Positions 16,245 through 24,629 of a stretch of 24,629 bases of DNA are shown piece by piece. Below the pieces are notes generated by a model. That model ran no database searches, was not told the DNA's origin, and was given only the letters and a program-made list of their open reading frames with translations. The stretch's first letter is position 1. Every line of letters starts with the position of its first letter. Origin of the DNA: an uncultured Syntrophomonadaceae bacterium. GTDB lineage: Bacteria > Bacillota > Dethiobacteria > DTU022. The translations under genes and the position numbers were made by a program. The DNA is taken from NCBI GenBank assembly GCA_964585625.1, contig CAZPET010000002.1:1-24629 (forward strand), in the 5' to 3' direction.

Positions 16245-17390
16245 TTATTGCTCCGGGTTCGCTTCACCGGGCACAACCGTTACGACCAGGCTTTGGCCAT
16301 TTCGTTCGATTGTCAGCTCGATCTTATCTCCCGGGTAATAGTTCAACAAAGCATCAAAAAGCTGCGCAATATAGTGGACCCTTTCTTTGCCCACAGCCGT
16401 GATTACATCTCCGGTCTTGAGACCGCCTGCAGCCGCGGGGCTGCCCGGAATGACCTCCTTTACATTAACACCCTGGCGGACCGGGTTATCAGTTCCGTCA
16501 GATTGATTTTCCACCCAGATGCCCAGCTGCGGACGGCGGACCCGGCCGTCTTTTTTCAGATCATCAACCACCCGTTTAACGGTATTGGCGGGGATGGCCA
16601 GGCCGATCCCTTCAGCGCCGCTGATCTTGGCCGAATTGATCCCGATCAGCTCACCGCGCAGGTTTACCAGGGGGCCGCCGCTGTTGCCGGGATTGATCAC
16701 CGCATCGGTTTGAATATAGGTATAGGCATACTGGCTGTAGGCCACCCTGACTTCGCGCTCCAGCGCGCTGATGATCCCCCGGGTAACAGTATGTTTAAGG
16801 TAACCCAGGGGATTGCCGGCCGCCAGAACGGTCTCACCGACCCGCACCGCGTTGGAATTGCCGAGAGGAATATAGCTAAGACCGGACTGCTCGATTTTCA
16901 ACAGGGCCAGGTCGGTCAGACGGTCCTCTCCCACCAGTCCGGCTTCGAAACTGCGCGAATCGGAAGTCACCACCACGATCCGCGCAGCACCGTCGATGAC
17001 ATGCTGGTTCGTAACAATATAGCCGTCTTCCGAAATAACCGCCCCTGATCCGCTGCCGCTCAGCACGAGCTCGCTCTGGTCTGAATATGGCCCGGAAACA
17101 TAACAATTAACCGCCACCACTGCCGGCATCACCCGGCTCACCACATCCACCGTGGCCAGGTCATCTTTATGAGGGGGCAAGTTTGCCTGCCGGTTCTCCT
17201 CCGGGGTTTGCTGCTCCCCTTCAGGAAGATCCCCCGGCCCGGGAAGGTAACCATGACCGGTTAAAACGAAGTAGACGAGCAATGCACCGGCCAGGACCCC
17301 GCAAAGCCCAACCAGGAACAAGGTCCAGGCTGGAACCTTGCGGACATCTTTGCCGGAGTAATGACCACGATCGTTTCCAGAGTTCACCAC
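16245..17390 (-). CDS. htrA: Membrane-anchored HtrA/DegP-family serine protease with one PDZ domain (HtrC/YyxA position)
   Basis: N-terminal TM; catalytic triad TNQHV, DLALLK, GNSGGP; C-terminal PDZ domain. SD AAGGAGG. Confidence 0.95.
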   Translation of the reverse strand: MVNSGNDRGHYSGKDVRKVPAWTLFLVGLCGVLAGALLVYFVLTGHGYLPGPGDLPEGEQQTPEENRQANLPPHKDDLATVDVVSRVMPAVVAVNCYVSGPYSDQSELVLSGSGSGAVISEDGYIVTNQHVIDGAARIVVVTSDSRSFEAGLVGEDRLTDLALLKIEQSGLSYIPLGNSNAVRVGETVLAAGNPLGYLKHTVTRGIISALEREVRVAYSQYAYTYIQTDAVINPGNSGGPLVNLRGELIGINSAKISGAEGIGLAIPANTVKRVVDDLKKDGRVRRPQLGIWVENQSDGTDNPVRQGVNVKEVIPGSPAAAGGLKTGDVITAVGKERVHYIAQLFDALLNYYPGDKIELTIERNGQSLVVTVVPGEANPEQ

Positions 17391-17410
17391 ATCCGCCTCC
17401 TTCGTTTATC

Positions 17411-17451
17411 AGTTTACAATATACTTTTTGGAAATGTAAAGGATCTGTTAG
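17411..17451. promoter_or_regulatory. htrA promoter region: sigmaA-type promoter, inverted repeat and WalR-box-like direct repeat
   Basis: Minus strand TTTACA-N18-TAAACT; plus strand TTTACA-N16-TGTAAA palindrome (17413-17440); TGTAAA-N5-TGTTAG (17435-17451). Confidence 0.45.
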
Positions 17452-18062
17452 TCCTGTAAATGACTGATATCGTTAAACAATAGCAGGCGGCCGCCCTCCC
17501 CGCCGGGATCACACTTAACAATTGACAACGAAGCGGGAGCAGAGGCATACGGCCACTTCTGCCTGGAGGAGAATCCCAAACATCCGGAGATGAAGGCATT
17601 GATCAGCCGGCCGTGGCTAACGAGGAGAATCCGCTGTAACCCGGGATTTCCACGGCAGATCTTCCGCCGCAGGGTTCGGGTTCGTGCCAGCAGTTTTCGT
17701 TCACTTTCTCCTCCGCAGCGAAGCGCTCTCAATATGCCGCTTCCGGAGTGAAAGAGAAAAGGATAGGCGGTCTCCACTTCACTGCGCCGCATACCCTCAA
17801 TATAACCCCAGGAGCATTCCCTAAGCAGGGGTTCCCGCAGCGGTGCAAGCTTGATTCCCCGGGAAATAATTTCTGCGGTTAACCAGGCCCGCTGCAGATC
17901 GCTGCTTAAAAAAAGCTCAAAGCCGCCGGTTATGCTTAAACGCAGGGATAATCGTGCCGCTTCGCGGCTCCCCTCTTCGTTAAGGTGAAAGTCGCACCGT
18001 CCCTGGAAGCGCCCCTCCTCGACGGCTGAAGTTCTCCCGTGCCGGACCAGCCAGAACTCCAT
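17448..18062 (-). CDS. Histidine phosphatase family protein (PhoE/CobC/GpmB-like)
   Basis: LVRHG, SSDLQRA..TA, LRE.SWG..EG, LVSHG; starts 1 nt after the murA stop. Confidence 0.88.
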   Translation of the reverse strand: MEFWLVRHGRTSAVEEGRFQGRCDFHLNEEGSREAARLSLRLSITGGFELFLSSDLQRAWLTAEIISRGIKLAPLREPLLRECSWGYIEGMRRSEVETAYPFLFHSGSGILRALRCGGESERKLLARTRTLRRKICRGNPGLQRILLVSHGRLINAFISGCLGFSSRQKWPYASAPASLSIVKCDPGGEGGRLLLFNDISHLQD

Positions 18063-18063
18063 C

Positions 18064-19353
18064 TCAGCCGGGATCCCTGATGGCCTCCCGGGAGCCCTGT
18101 TCTCGCAGCGGCTTCAGCTGTGCTCCCAGGGCGGTCAGCTTCTCTTCTATCTTTTCATAGCCCCGGTAGATATGTTCCACCTCGCTGAGCACCGTATCCC
18201 CTTTCGCGATCAGCCCGGCCACTATTAGCGCAGCGCCGGCCCGCAGATCGGTGGCGGTAACCGGAGCCCCGGAAAGAGGGCTGCCTCCATTAATCACCGC
18301 GGTTCTTCCTTCAAGCTTGATCTGCGCGCCCATTCTTTTCAGTTCATCCACATGGCGAAAACGCCCGTCAAAAACATTTTCTGTGATAATACTGGTCCCT
18401 TCCGCTGCTGTAAGCAGGACCATTCCCAGCGGCTGCAGGTCGGTCGGGAAGCCGGGATAGGGAAAAGTTTTTAAATCGGAGGGGGTCAGCGGCCCGGTCC
18501 TGCGGACCCTGATCTGCTCCGGTTCTACATCAACCTCGGCGCCTATCTCTCTTAGCTTGGCGGTTACCGCTTCCAGGTGCTTCGGGATGACCTCCCCGAT
18601 AACAAGGTCGCCCCCTGTCGCTACAGCGGCAAGCATGAAGGTGCCTGCTTCGATCCGGTCCGGAATGACCGCATGTTCTGCGCCGCCAAAATGTTTAACC
18701 CCGTCGATCTTGATCACATCGGTGCCCGCCCCCTTGATTACCGCACCCATGGCATTCAAGAAATTGGCCAGATCGACGATTTCCGGTTCCTTGGCCGCAT
18801 TTTCCAGAACGGTACGCCCTTCCGCCCCTGCCGCAGCCAGCATCAGGTTAACCGTCGCCCCGACGCTGACCACGTCGAGGTAGATATGGGCCCCGGTTAA
18901 CTTTCTGGCAATCAGCTTGACCAGGCCGTGTTCGATTTCACATCTGGCCCCCATGGCGGTAAATCCCTTAAGATGCTGATCGATCGGACGCGGCCCCAGA
19001 TCGCAGCCCCCCGGGACCGGCACCGTCGCCCTTCCGAAACGGGTCAGCAGGCTCCCCATAAGGTAAGATGAGGCCCGCAATTTTTGCACCAGGTTATAGG
19101 GCGGGGTAAATCCGCGCAGCCTGGAGGGATAAAATTCAAGGGCATTCCGCCCCCGCCGGCGGATGGTCAGACCCAGGTCTTCGAGAAGGCGCAGCATTGT
19201 CCGGACATCGGTAATATCCGGGATGTTGCTTAAAGCAACTTTTTCGGAGGCCAGCAGGACAGCCGGCAAGATTGCCAGCGCCGCATTCTTGGAGCCGCTA
19301 ATTTTTACCCGTCCGTTTAGTTTATTTCCTCCGCGTATCAAGATTTTCTCCAC
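18064..19353 (-). CDS. murA: UDP-N-acetylglucosamine 1-carboxyvinyltransferase (MurAB/MurZ type)
   Basis: ISGSKNAAL, LRASSY, PGGCDLGPRPIDQHLKG (catalytic Cys; MurAB-like), PYPGFPTDLQP, TDLRAGAAL. GTG 19353 (MEKILIRGG) with GGAG SD; alternative GTG at 19371. Confidence 0.95.
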   Translation of the reverse strand: MEKILIRGGNKLNGRVKISGSKNAALAILPAVLLASEKVALSNIPDITDVRTMLRLLEDLGLTIRRRGRNALEFYPSRLRGFTPPYNLVQKLRASSYLMGSLLTRFGRATVPVPGGCDLGPRPIDQHLKGFTAMGARCEIEHGLVKLIARKLTGAHIYLDVVSVGATVNLMLAAAGAEGRTVLENAAKEPEIVDLANFLNAMGAVIKGAGTDVIKIDGVKHFGGAEHAVIPDRIEAGTFMLAAVATGGDLVIGEVIPKHLEAVTAKLREIGAEVDVEPEQIRVRRTGPLTPSDLKTFPYPGFPTDLQPLGMVLLTAAEGTSIITENVFDGRFRHVDELKRMGAQIKLEGRTAVINGGSPLSGAPVTATDLRAGAALIVAGLIAKGDTVLSEVEHIYRGYEKIEEKLTALGAQLKPLREQGSREAIRDPG

Positions 19354-19367
19354 TTCATCTTCTCCCG

Positions 19368-20237
19368 TCACTTAGATGTTTCCAACTCCAGGTTGCCTGT
19401 AAACGCGTTAATAAAGCAACCTTCTCCGTTCTCAAACAAAAAGCGCCACACCGGAGGCACCTCCCACTCCTCCGCATCGTACTCGCGGCTGTAAAAGCCC
19501 AGTTCTGCTTTGATTATCCGGCGGATTTGCGGACTTGGACCCAATACTTCCATTAATCTTAGCAAAGCCTCCGTGGCCGGGATCACCTCCATTTCCCGCT
19601 CCTGAGGCGGAGTTTCCGGTTCAAGCAAGTAAATATCTATCGCCTTGAGAGTATTATTTTCCAGGATTGCTTCCAGATAACCGCTGTAAAGAGGCCTGCC
19701 TTCAAAAATTTGCACATAATGCAACAATGTCTTTTCACCGGATCGTTCCAGGAAATCAAAGCGAGCTGCCGGGAGCGCCAACCCGCTGTCCTGCAGAAAG
19801 TGCTCGAAAGCCAAAACCAGATCCCGCTCTTCCGCGGAGGCGCCGTCTTCCAGGAGTTCTTTTCCCGGGATCAGATCGACCCGGATCAGCCCCCCGGGAT
19901 TTATTCTTATCCGGGCCCCCTCTCCCTCGTACATGCGAACTCCCCCGGGCCCGGCAGCCGGTGCCGCCGTAGCTGCAAAGTGCTTCCGCAGCGTTTCCTC
20001 GACTTCCCGCGAAGGACTTACCGTAAGGAAGGTGCTCTTTCTCATGGCGCGATCCACCTTTGCCTCCAGCACATAACCGTATTCTGCAAGCCGCCTCTCA
20101 GCATCACGCATTTCACCCGCTGAAACGGCTACCGGGGCCAGTTTCCGGATCTCTCCCCCAAACAGGTGGTAGCAAAGAAAAAGGTTTAATCCCAAAAAAG
20201 CGCAAATTAGAATTGTCTTTGCCCGGTTTAAGCTCAA
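19368..20237 (-). CDS. yycI: WalK regulatory protein YycI (WalI)
   Basis: N-terminal 'RAKTILICAFLGLNLFL' TM typical of YycI; position after yycH. TTG 20237 overlaps the yycH stop (TTGA), SD GGAGGG. Confidence 0.82.
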   Translation of the reverse strand: MSLNRAKTILICAFLGLNLFLCYHLFGGEIRKLAPVAVSAGEMRDAERRLAEYGYVLEAKVDRAMRKSTFLTVSPSREVEETLRKHFAATAAPAAGPGGVRMYEGEGARIRINPGGLIRVDLIPGKELLEDGASAEERDLVLAFEHFLQDSGLALPAARFDFLERSGEKTLLHYVQIFEGRPLYSGYLEAILENNTLKAIDIYLLEPETPPQEREMEVIPATEALLRLMEVLGPSPQIRRIIKAELGFYSREYDAEEWEVPPVWRFLFENGEGCFINAFTGNLELETSK

Positions 20238-21565
20238 GGTTTCCATCCCTCCGGCGGAATAAGTTCGCCTGCATTCAAAATGAGCTCCCGCCCGTTTAGG
20301 CGGATGGACCAAACAGGAACTGCCCGCGGCTGCAGGGAGCTCCCGGTGAGGCAGTAAGCCAGATCAATTTCCTCGAGGGTATACTGATCCACCCCTTCGG
20401 CGGCAAGCAGGGCCGCCGCGGCCTCCAGCGCCTCCCGATAGCTCCGCACTGACACCTCATCACCGGATGAATAAAGCAGGTCAAATATGCTGCGCCGGTA
20501 GCTCACCAGCCCGCCATGATGGTAACTCATCACTACATTCATCTCCCCCAAAAGAGGGTAACCTTTGAAATAACTGCGCCACTGTGCATTGTAAATCCCG
20601 GTTGGCCGGGCTTTTACTCCTGCTTCACGGGCCAGGTTCTCCAACCGCAAGTTCTCCGGCCAGCCGCCGTAATAGCCAAGCAGCTTGCCCGCGGTCAACA
20701 ACGCCGCCGTATAGGAAAGCGCGACCGGTTTTTGCTCCAGCCGGGGATGTGAATAATCAAGACCGTCCCCCAGGCGCAGCCCCTGCTCACCGTCTGTGTA
20801 GATCAATCCACCGTCCCGCTCTTTTATCTCCCGGACCAGGTTGCGGTTGATAAAAAAAGTTTTTAAAAGAAGTTCGTGGTCGAGTACTTCCGCCTTCAAA
20901 ACCAGCTCTTTCAGCGCCTGGTTGTGTACGGGCACATAAATGGGAGCGTTTATGGATACCGTGACCCCCTGGGAAACCTGCAGCTCTCCGGCCTCAAGCT
21001 GCTCGTAAGGCGGTCTTCCCCCGGGATCAAATTGATCGCAGAGTGCGGCCAGTTGTGATCCCCGCCTGGCCGGCAGCAGCAACAGCCCGGCGGGACTTTC
21101 GACCTCCTGCAGGATTCCCCAGCAGCGGTCGGCAAGCCGCCAGATCTGCATCCCGGAAAGCTCCCCACCGGATGCATTTTTTAACCAGGGGCTTTCCCGG
21201 CCCAGCGGCAATGTAGGATTGAATTGCAGGGCCAGGCAAAGCTTTGCACCTTCCGGCAGGCTTTCCCCGTATTCGAAGTTGGCCGGCTCGGTAATTTCCT
21301 TTAACATTTCGGATAGCTCTTCCCAGAACATGTTAAAGTCGGGATCGTCCGGGCGGACCTGGTAGCATAAATCTGCCTGGTAGATGAAGATCCGTTCAGG
21401 AATCAGCAGCTGGGACAGCGGCCGCGGTTCTTCAAAATAGACGGTCTCGTAATCATTTTCAATCACCGTATCCGCCTGTTTACGCCCAAACCAGAGCTGG
21501 TATGTCAGAAAGATGCTGAGAACCACCAGCATGAGGAGCACCGCACTCTTGGCCCGTTCACTCAA
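20234..21565 (-). CDS. yycH: WalK regulatory protein YycH (WalH)
   Basis: N-terminal TM 'KSAVLLMLVVLSIFLTYQLW' followed by a roughly 420-aa extracellular region; directly after walK with TTGA overlap. Confidence 0.82.
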   Translation of the reverse strand: MSERAKSAVLLMLVVLSIFLTYQLWFGRKQADTVIENDYETVYFEEPRPLSQLLIPERIFIYQADLCYQVRPDDPDFNMFWEELSEMLKEITEPANFEYGESLPEGAKLCLALQFNPTLPLGRESPWLKNASGGELSGMQIWRLADRCWGILQEVESPAGLLLLPARRGSQLAALCDQFDPGGRPPYEQLEAGELQVSQGVTVSINAPIYVPVHNQALKELVLKAEVLDHELLLKTFFINRNLVREIKERDGGLIYTDGEQGLRLGDGLDYSHPRLEQKPVALSYTAALLTAGKLLGYYGGWPENLRLENLAREAGVKARPTGIYNAQWRSYFKGYPLLGEMNVVMSYHHGGLVSYRRSIFDLLYSSGDEVSVRSYREALEAAAALLAAEGVDQYTLEEIDLAYCLTGSSLQPRAVPVWSIRLNGRELILNAGELIPPEGWKP

Positions 21566-23394
21566 CAGCCCTCTCCTCCCTTCTGCACTACCGCAGGGAG
21601 GGTAAACCAGGCCCTGGTCCCTTTTCCCACGGCGCTTTCAAGCCAGATCCGGCCTCCGTGTGCTTCAACTACCCGGCGGGCAATTGGCAACCCCAGTCCG
21701 GTTCCGCCGTAATCCCGGCTGCGGGTCTTCTCCACCCTGTAGAAGCGCTCAAATATTCTTTCCAGATCCTCCGGTGGGATTCCAGGTCCGTTATCTTCAA
21801 GCAACACCCTTAGCCGGCCCTCCTCTCCGGCAATTGAAGCGCTGATTGTTATTTTACCATCAGACGGAGTATACTTGATGGCATTATTAAGCAAGTTTAA
21901 AAAAACGCGCATGATCTTTTCCCGGTCCACCCAAACCGGAGGAAGCCCCGGTGGTATGGCAATCTCTATTTTTGGCCGCTTCAGACCGATCTTCTGCTGC
22001 GACTGTTCTACAACATCAGCAGCCAGGTCGATCAGCTCGACTTTTGTTTTATGCAGCTCTACCTGGCTGTAGTCAAGTTGAGAAAGTTCCAGCAGATCTT
22101 TGACCAGATCGACCATCCGGTCGGTTTCTCGTTTGAGCACATTCAAAAAACGATTGCTGACGGCAGGATCGGCGGCGGCACCGTCGAGCAGCGTCTCCAC
22201 ATAGCTTTTAACCGCCGTCAGGGGCGTCCGCAATTCGTGAGAAACATCGGCGACAAACTCCTGCTGCCGCCGGGCCAGTTCCCTCTCCACGGTGACGTCG
22301 TGGAACACCACCAGGGTCCCGTCCAGCCTCCCTTCTTCCTCCTTGAAAGGAGCAAGGGTGATCTTTAAAGCAACTGCCGGCTCTTCCCTGGTTACTTCAA
22401 GCATCAACGGGTTTCGCTCATACAGGAACCGGCGCAGCAGCTCCGTCCCGATCAGCTTTCTTAACATGGGAAAACCGGATCGACCCGGCGAAGGGATGCT
22501 CTGCGAAGACCTTTTTAAGAGTTCCCGCGCCGCCGGGTTGATGTGAATGAGGCGGCCTTTTCCATCGAGAGCGATCACCCCGTCGCTCATATGGTTGATC
22601 ATCGCCTCAACCTTACTCTTTTCTGTAGAAATTTCCCTGATATTACGGTGCAGCCGCTCAGCAAGATAGTTAAAAGTGGCGCCCAGGCGGCCGATCTCGT
22701 CAGCAGATATTACCTTGATTTTCTGCGAAAAGTCTCCCTGCGCCATTAAACCGGCCTGCCTGGTAACCTCCTGGATTGGCGCCGTTATCGTCTTCGCCAG
22801 GATGATCCCCAGCAATATGCTGACGCCCAGGGCAAACGCGGAGCCGCTGAGCAATATCAGCTTGATCTGGTTTAATACCGTGTCCACCTTGTTGAGCGAA
22901 CCGCTCAGGTAAACCACCCCGTTGATATTTCTTTGATCTTTCAGGGGGAGGGCGAGGTAATAACGTCTCTCCCCGGCGGCCGGATCATAGCGGATCGCCT
23001 CGCTCAATTCTCCCGCCAGGGCCCTGGTAATTTCATCGCGAATCAGACGTCCCCCGACCATGGTCCGGTTTGACGAAGTGCCGACGACATGGGCATAGGA
23101 GTCCAGTACAGCAATCTCCATCTCGCGCAGCTCGCTGAATTCGCGCACCAGGTGGGCAATATCTTCTTCAGCTTCATGACCCTCCTCAAGCGAAGGCGTC
23201 AGGAAAGCCGCCAGAAGACGGGCCTGATATTCCAGACCGGTTTTGAAATTATGGAGGTAGTACTGCTCCAGGGACTGCACCAGGTAGACGCCGATCAGCT
23301 GCAGGGTAAAGAGCAGGAGAAGGGAATAGATCAGGACGATCTTCCATTGCAGGCTTTTAAAAGCGCCCCTTCTGCCTGAAATAATAGCCGACAC
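21562..23394 (-). CDS. walK: Cell-wall metabolism sensor histidine kinase (2 TM, extracellular sensor, HAMP, PAS, HisKA, HATPase)
   Basis: SLQWKIVLIYSLL, DEIG.LG..FN, MSDGVIA PAS, VSHELRTP, NAIKY, DNGPGIP, FERFYRV, GGTGLGL. Start codon uncertain. Confidence 0.92.
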   Translation of the reverse strand: MSAIISGRRGAFKSLQWKIVLIYSLLLLFTLQLIGVYLVQSLEQYYLHNFKTGLEYQARLLAAFLTPSLEEGHEAEEDIAHLVREFSELREMEIAVLDSYAHVVGTSSNRTMVGGRLIRDEITRALAGELSEAIRYDPAAGERRYYLALPLKDQRNINGVVYLSGSLNKVDTVLNQIKLILLSGSAFALGVSILLGIILAKTITAPIQEVTRQAGLMAQGDFSQKIKVISADEIGRLGATFNYLAERLHRNIREISTEKSKVEAMINHMSDGVIALDGKGRLIHINPAARELLKRSSQSIPSPGRSGFPMLRKLIGTELLRRFLYERNPLMLEVTREEPAVALKITLAPFKEEEGRLDGTLVVFHDVTVERELARRQQEFVADVSHELRTPLTAVKSYVETLLDGAAADPAVSNRFLNVLKRETDRMVDLVKDLLELSQLDYSQVELHKTKVELIDLAADVVEQSQQKIGLKRPKIEIAIPPGLPPVWVDREKIMRVFLNLLNNAIKYTPSDGKITISASIAGEEGRLRVLLEDNGPGIPPEDLERIFERFYRVEKTRSRDYGGTGLGLPIARRVVEAHGGRIWLESAVGKGTRAWFTLPAVVQKGGEGC

Positions 23395-24055
23395 CCCTTT
23401 TGGTATGAATATATTCCGGCTCGGCGGGATTCATTTCCAGCTTCTCTCGCAGCCGCCGGATGGTCACATCAACGGTCCGTTCATCTCCGAAAAAATCATA
23501 GCCCCAGACCTGGTTAAGAAGCTGCTGCCGGTTAAAAACATGACCCGGTCTCTGGATCAAGACCGAGAGGAGGGAAAATTCTTTGGGTGTCAGCTCCACG
23601 GGCCGCCCCCGGTTAAAAGCCTGCACCGCATCCAGGTCCACAATCAGGTCGCCGCAGCGCAGCTGTTTTTTTATGTCCGCACCGGGGGTCCGGGTGCGCC
23701 TGAGTATCGCCTTCACCCGGGCCAGGACCTCGCGGGCGCTGAAAGGCTTGGTCACATAATCATCGGCTCCAAGTTCCAGTCCCAGCACCTTGTCAACTTC
23801 TGTTTCCCGCGCCGTCAACATGATGATGGGGACCTCTTTTTGATGGGCGCGGATCTCACGGCAAACAGTGAAGCCGTCTTTCTTCGGAAGCATGATATCG
23901 AGCAGGATCAAATCCGGATGATCCTGCTCCAGGCGCGCCAGCGCCTCCTCGCCGTCGTAAGCAAGGATCACCTCATAGCCCTCTTTTTCCAGGTTATATT
24001 TCAAGATCTCGGCAATGGGCCGCTCATCGTCGACCACCAGTATTTTGGCAGGCAA
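23357..24055 (-). CDS. walR: OmpR-family response regulator WalR (YycF)
   Basis: ILVVDDERPIAEIL.YNL, LDIMLP, MLTA, GADDYVTKPFS, RTVDVTIRRLREK, YIHTKRGVGY. TTG 24055 with SD AAGGAG. Confidence 0.93.
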   Translation of the reverse strand: MPAKILVVDDERPIAEILKYNLEKEGYEVILAYDGEEALARLEQDHPDLILLDIMLPKKDGFTVCREIRAHQKEVPIIMLTARETEVDKVLGLELGADDYVTKPFSAREVLARVKAILRRTRTPGADIKKQLRCGDLIVDLDAVQAFNRGRPVELTPKEFSLLSVLIQRPGHVFNRQQLLNQVWGYDFFGDERTVDVTIRRLREKLEMNPAEPEYIHTKRGVGYYFRQKGRF

Positions 24056-24138
24056 GGTATCTCTCCTTAAAAACAAGCTCAAATCACAATTTCGTTTCCC
24101 GGTTATTGAATCCCTGCTGGAACAAGTTTACTTTGGAT

Positions 24139-24165
24139 AAAAAAAGGGCTGCTGTACAGCAGCCC
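24139..24165 (-). terminator. Intrinsic terminator after the M23 peptidase gene
   Basis: Perfect 20-bp palindrome GGGCTGCTGTACAGCAGCCC (24146-24165) followed by 7 T on the minus strand. Confidence 0.88.
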
Positions 24166-24188
24166 CTGTCAAGTCTGGTTCAGGAACG

Positions 24189-24629
24189 TTACGGGCTAAA
24201 GAAGCTCAGGGGATTAACCGCAGGGTTTTTGTACCAGTGTCCCCAGACACCCGAACCGTCGCTGCGGCGGACTTCAAAATGAAGGTGATTGCCGGTGCTT
24301 CTACCTGTACTGCCCATCGCCGCGATCGTCTGCCCCCGGGAGACTGTAGCTCCCGTTGAGACATAGTTTGCGCTGTTGTGCAGGTAAGTCGTATAGTAGC
24401 TGCCGTGATAGATCACGATATAGTTGCCCCGCCTGTCACCGGATCCTGTTTCCACCACGACACCGTTGTCCGCAGCCAGGATCCGGGGGTGACGATTCCC
24501 CGAGGAAGGTACAATATCAATGCCCATATGAGCATATCCTTTAAAATACTGGTAGATATTCCCCCCGCCGTCCACCGGCCAGAGAAAACGCCCGCTGCCG
24601 ATGGAGGGGGCCCGGGAAGTCCCTTTTTC
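24189..24629 (-). CDS. C-terminal part of an M23 peptidoglycan endopeptidase (probably G5/LysM-M23), 5'-truncated by the window
   Basis: Frame is open to the window edge (EKGTSRAPSIGSGRFLWPV); M23 motifs HMGID, YLH, HLHFE. Such a gene commonly precedes walR. Confidence 0.88.
   Translation of the reverse strand, partial: EKGTSRAPSIGSGRFLWPVDGGGNIYQYFKGYAHMGIDIVPSSGNRHPRILAADNGVVVETGSGDRRGNYIVIYHGSYYTTYLHNSANYVSTGATVSRGQTIAAMGSTGRSTGNHLHFEVRRSDGSGVWGHWYKNPAVNPLSFFSP

Noticed and set aside
15792-17048. 418-aa plus-strand ORF
   Set aside because: Antisense shadow of htrA and the metalloenzyme gene; no domain signature.
23357-23394. 38-bp walR/walK overlap with no well-spaced SD for walK
   Set aside because: Most likely translational coupling or start-codon uncertainty; no slippery site or frameshift evidence.
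23405-24070. 221-aa plus-strand ORF (and similar ORFs opposite prfA, prmC, rho and rpmE)
   Set aside because: Antisense shadows of highly conserved genes.
1-24629. CRISPR arrays, IS/transposases, integrases, tRNA/rRNA, defence genes, Sec/Pyl read-through
   Set aside because: None seen: the window is fully tiled by intact genes, with no regularly spaced repeats and no in-frame stop splitting a conserved domain.

Overview
A GC-rich (by eye) core-genome segment of an endospore-forming, probably clostridia-like Bacillota. No mobile element, CRISPR array or rRNA/tRNA gene is visible. Nearly all genes are on the minus strand, in this order: (partial) M23 peptidase | terminator | walR-walK-yycH-yycI-murA(B)-histidine phosphatase-htrA-AP-superfamily metalloenzyme-MBL hydrolase >< class A PBP (+) <> rho - LysM/M23 - murE-like - rpmE-DUF1385-prfA-prmC >< nikR (+) <> sigG-like sigma-spoIIR-Na/Pi cotransporter-sua5-(probable ywlE, partial). 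The most notable signals are: (1) a stand-alone MurE with the L-Lys-type DNPA motif instead of the meso-DAP DNPR motif, behind a LysM-M23 gene with overlapping sigmaA- and sigmaG-type promoter matches; (2) a sigmaG-like gene outside the spoIIGA-sigE-sigG locus, overlapping spoIIR behind a sigmaF-type promoter and lacking the N45 anti-sigma (CsfB) contact; (3) a walRK operon carrying murA where walJ normally sits; (4) a candidate leader peptide in front of rho. All promoter and operator calls are by-eye consensus matches, not measurements.
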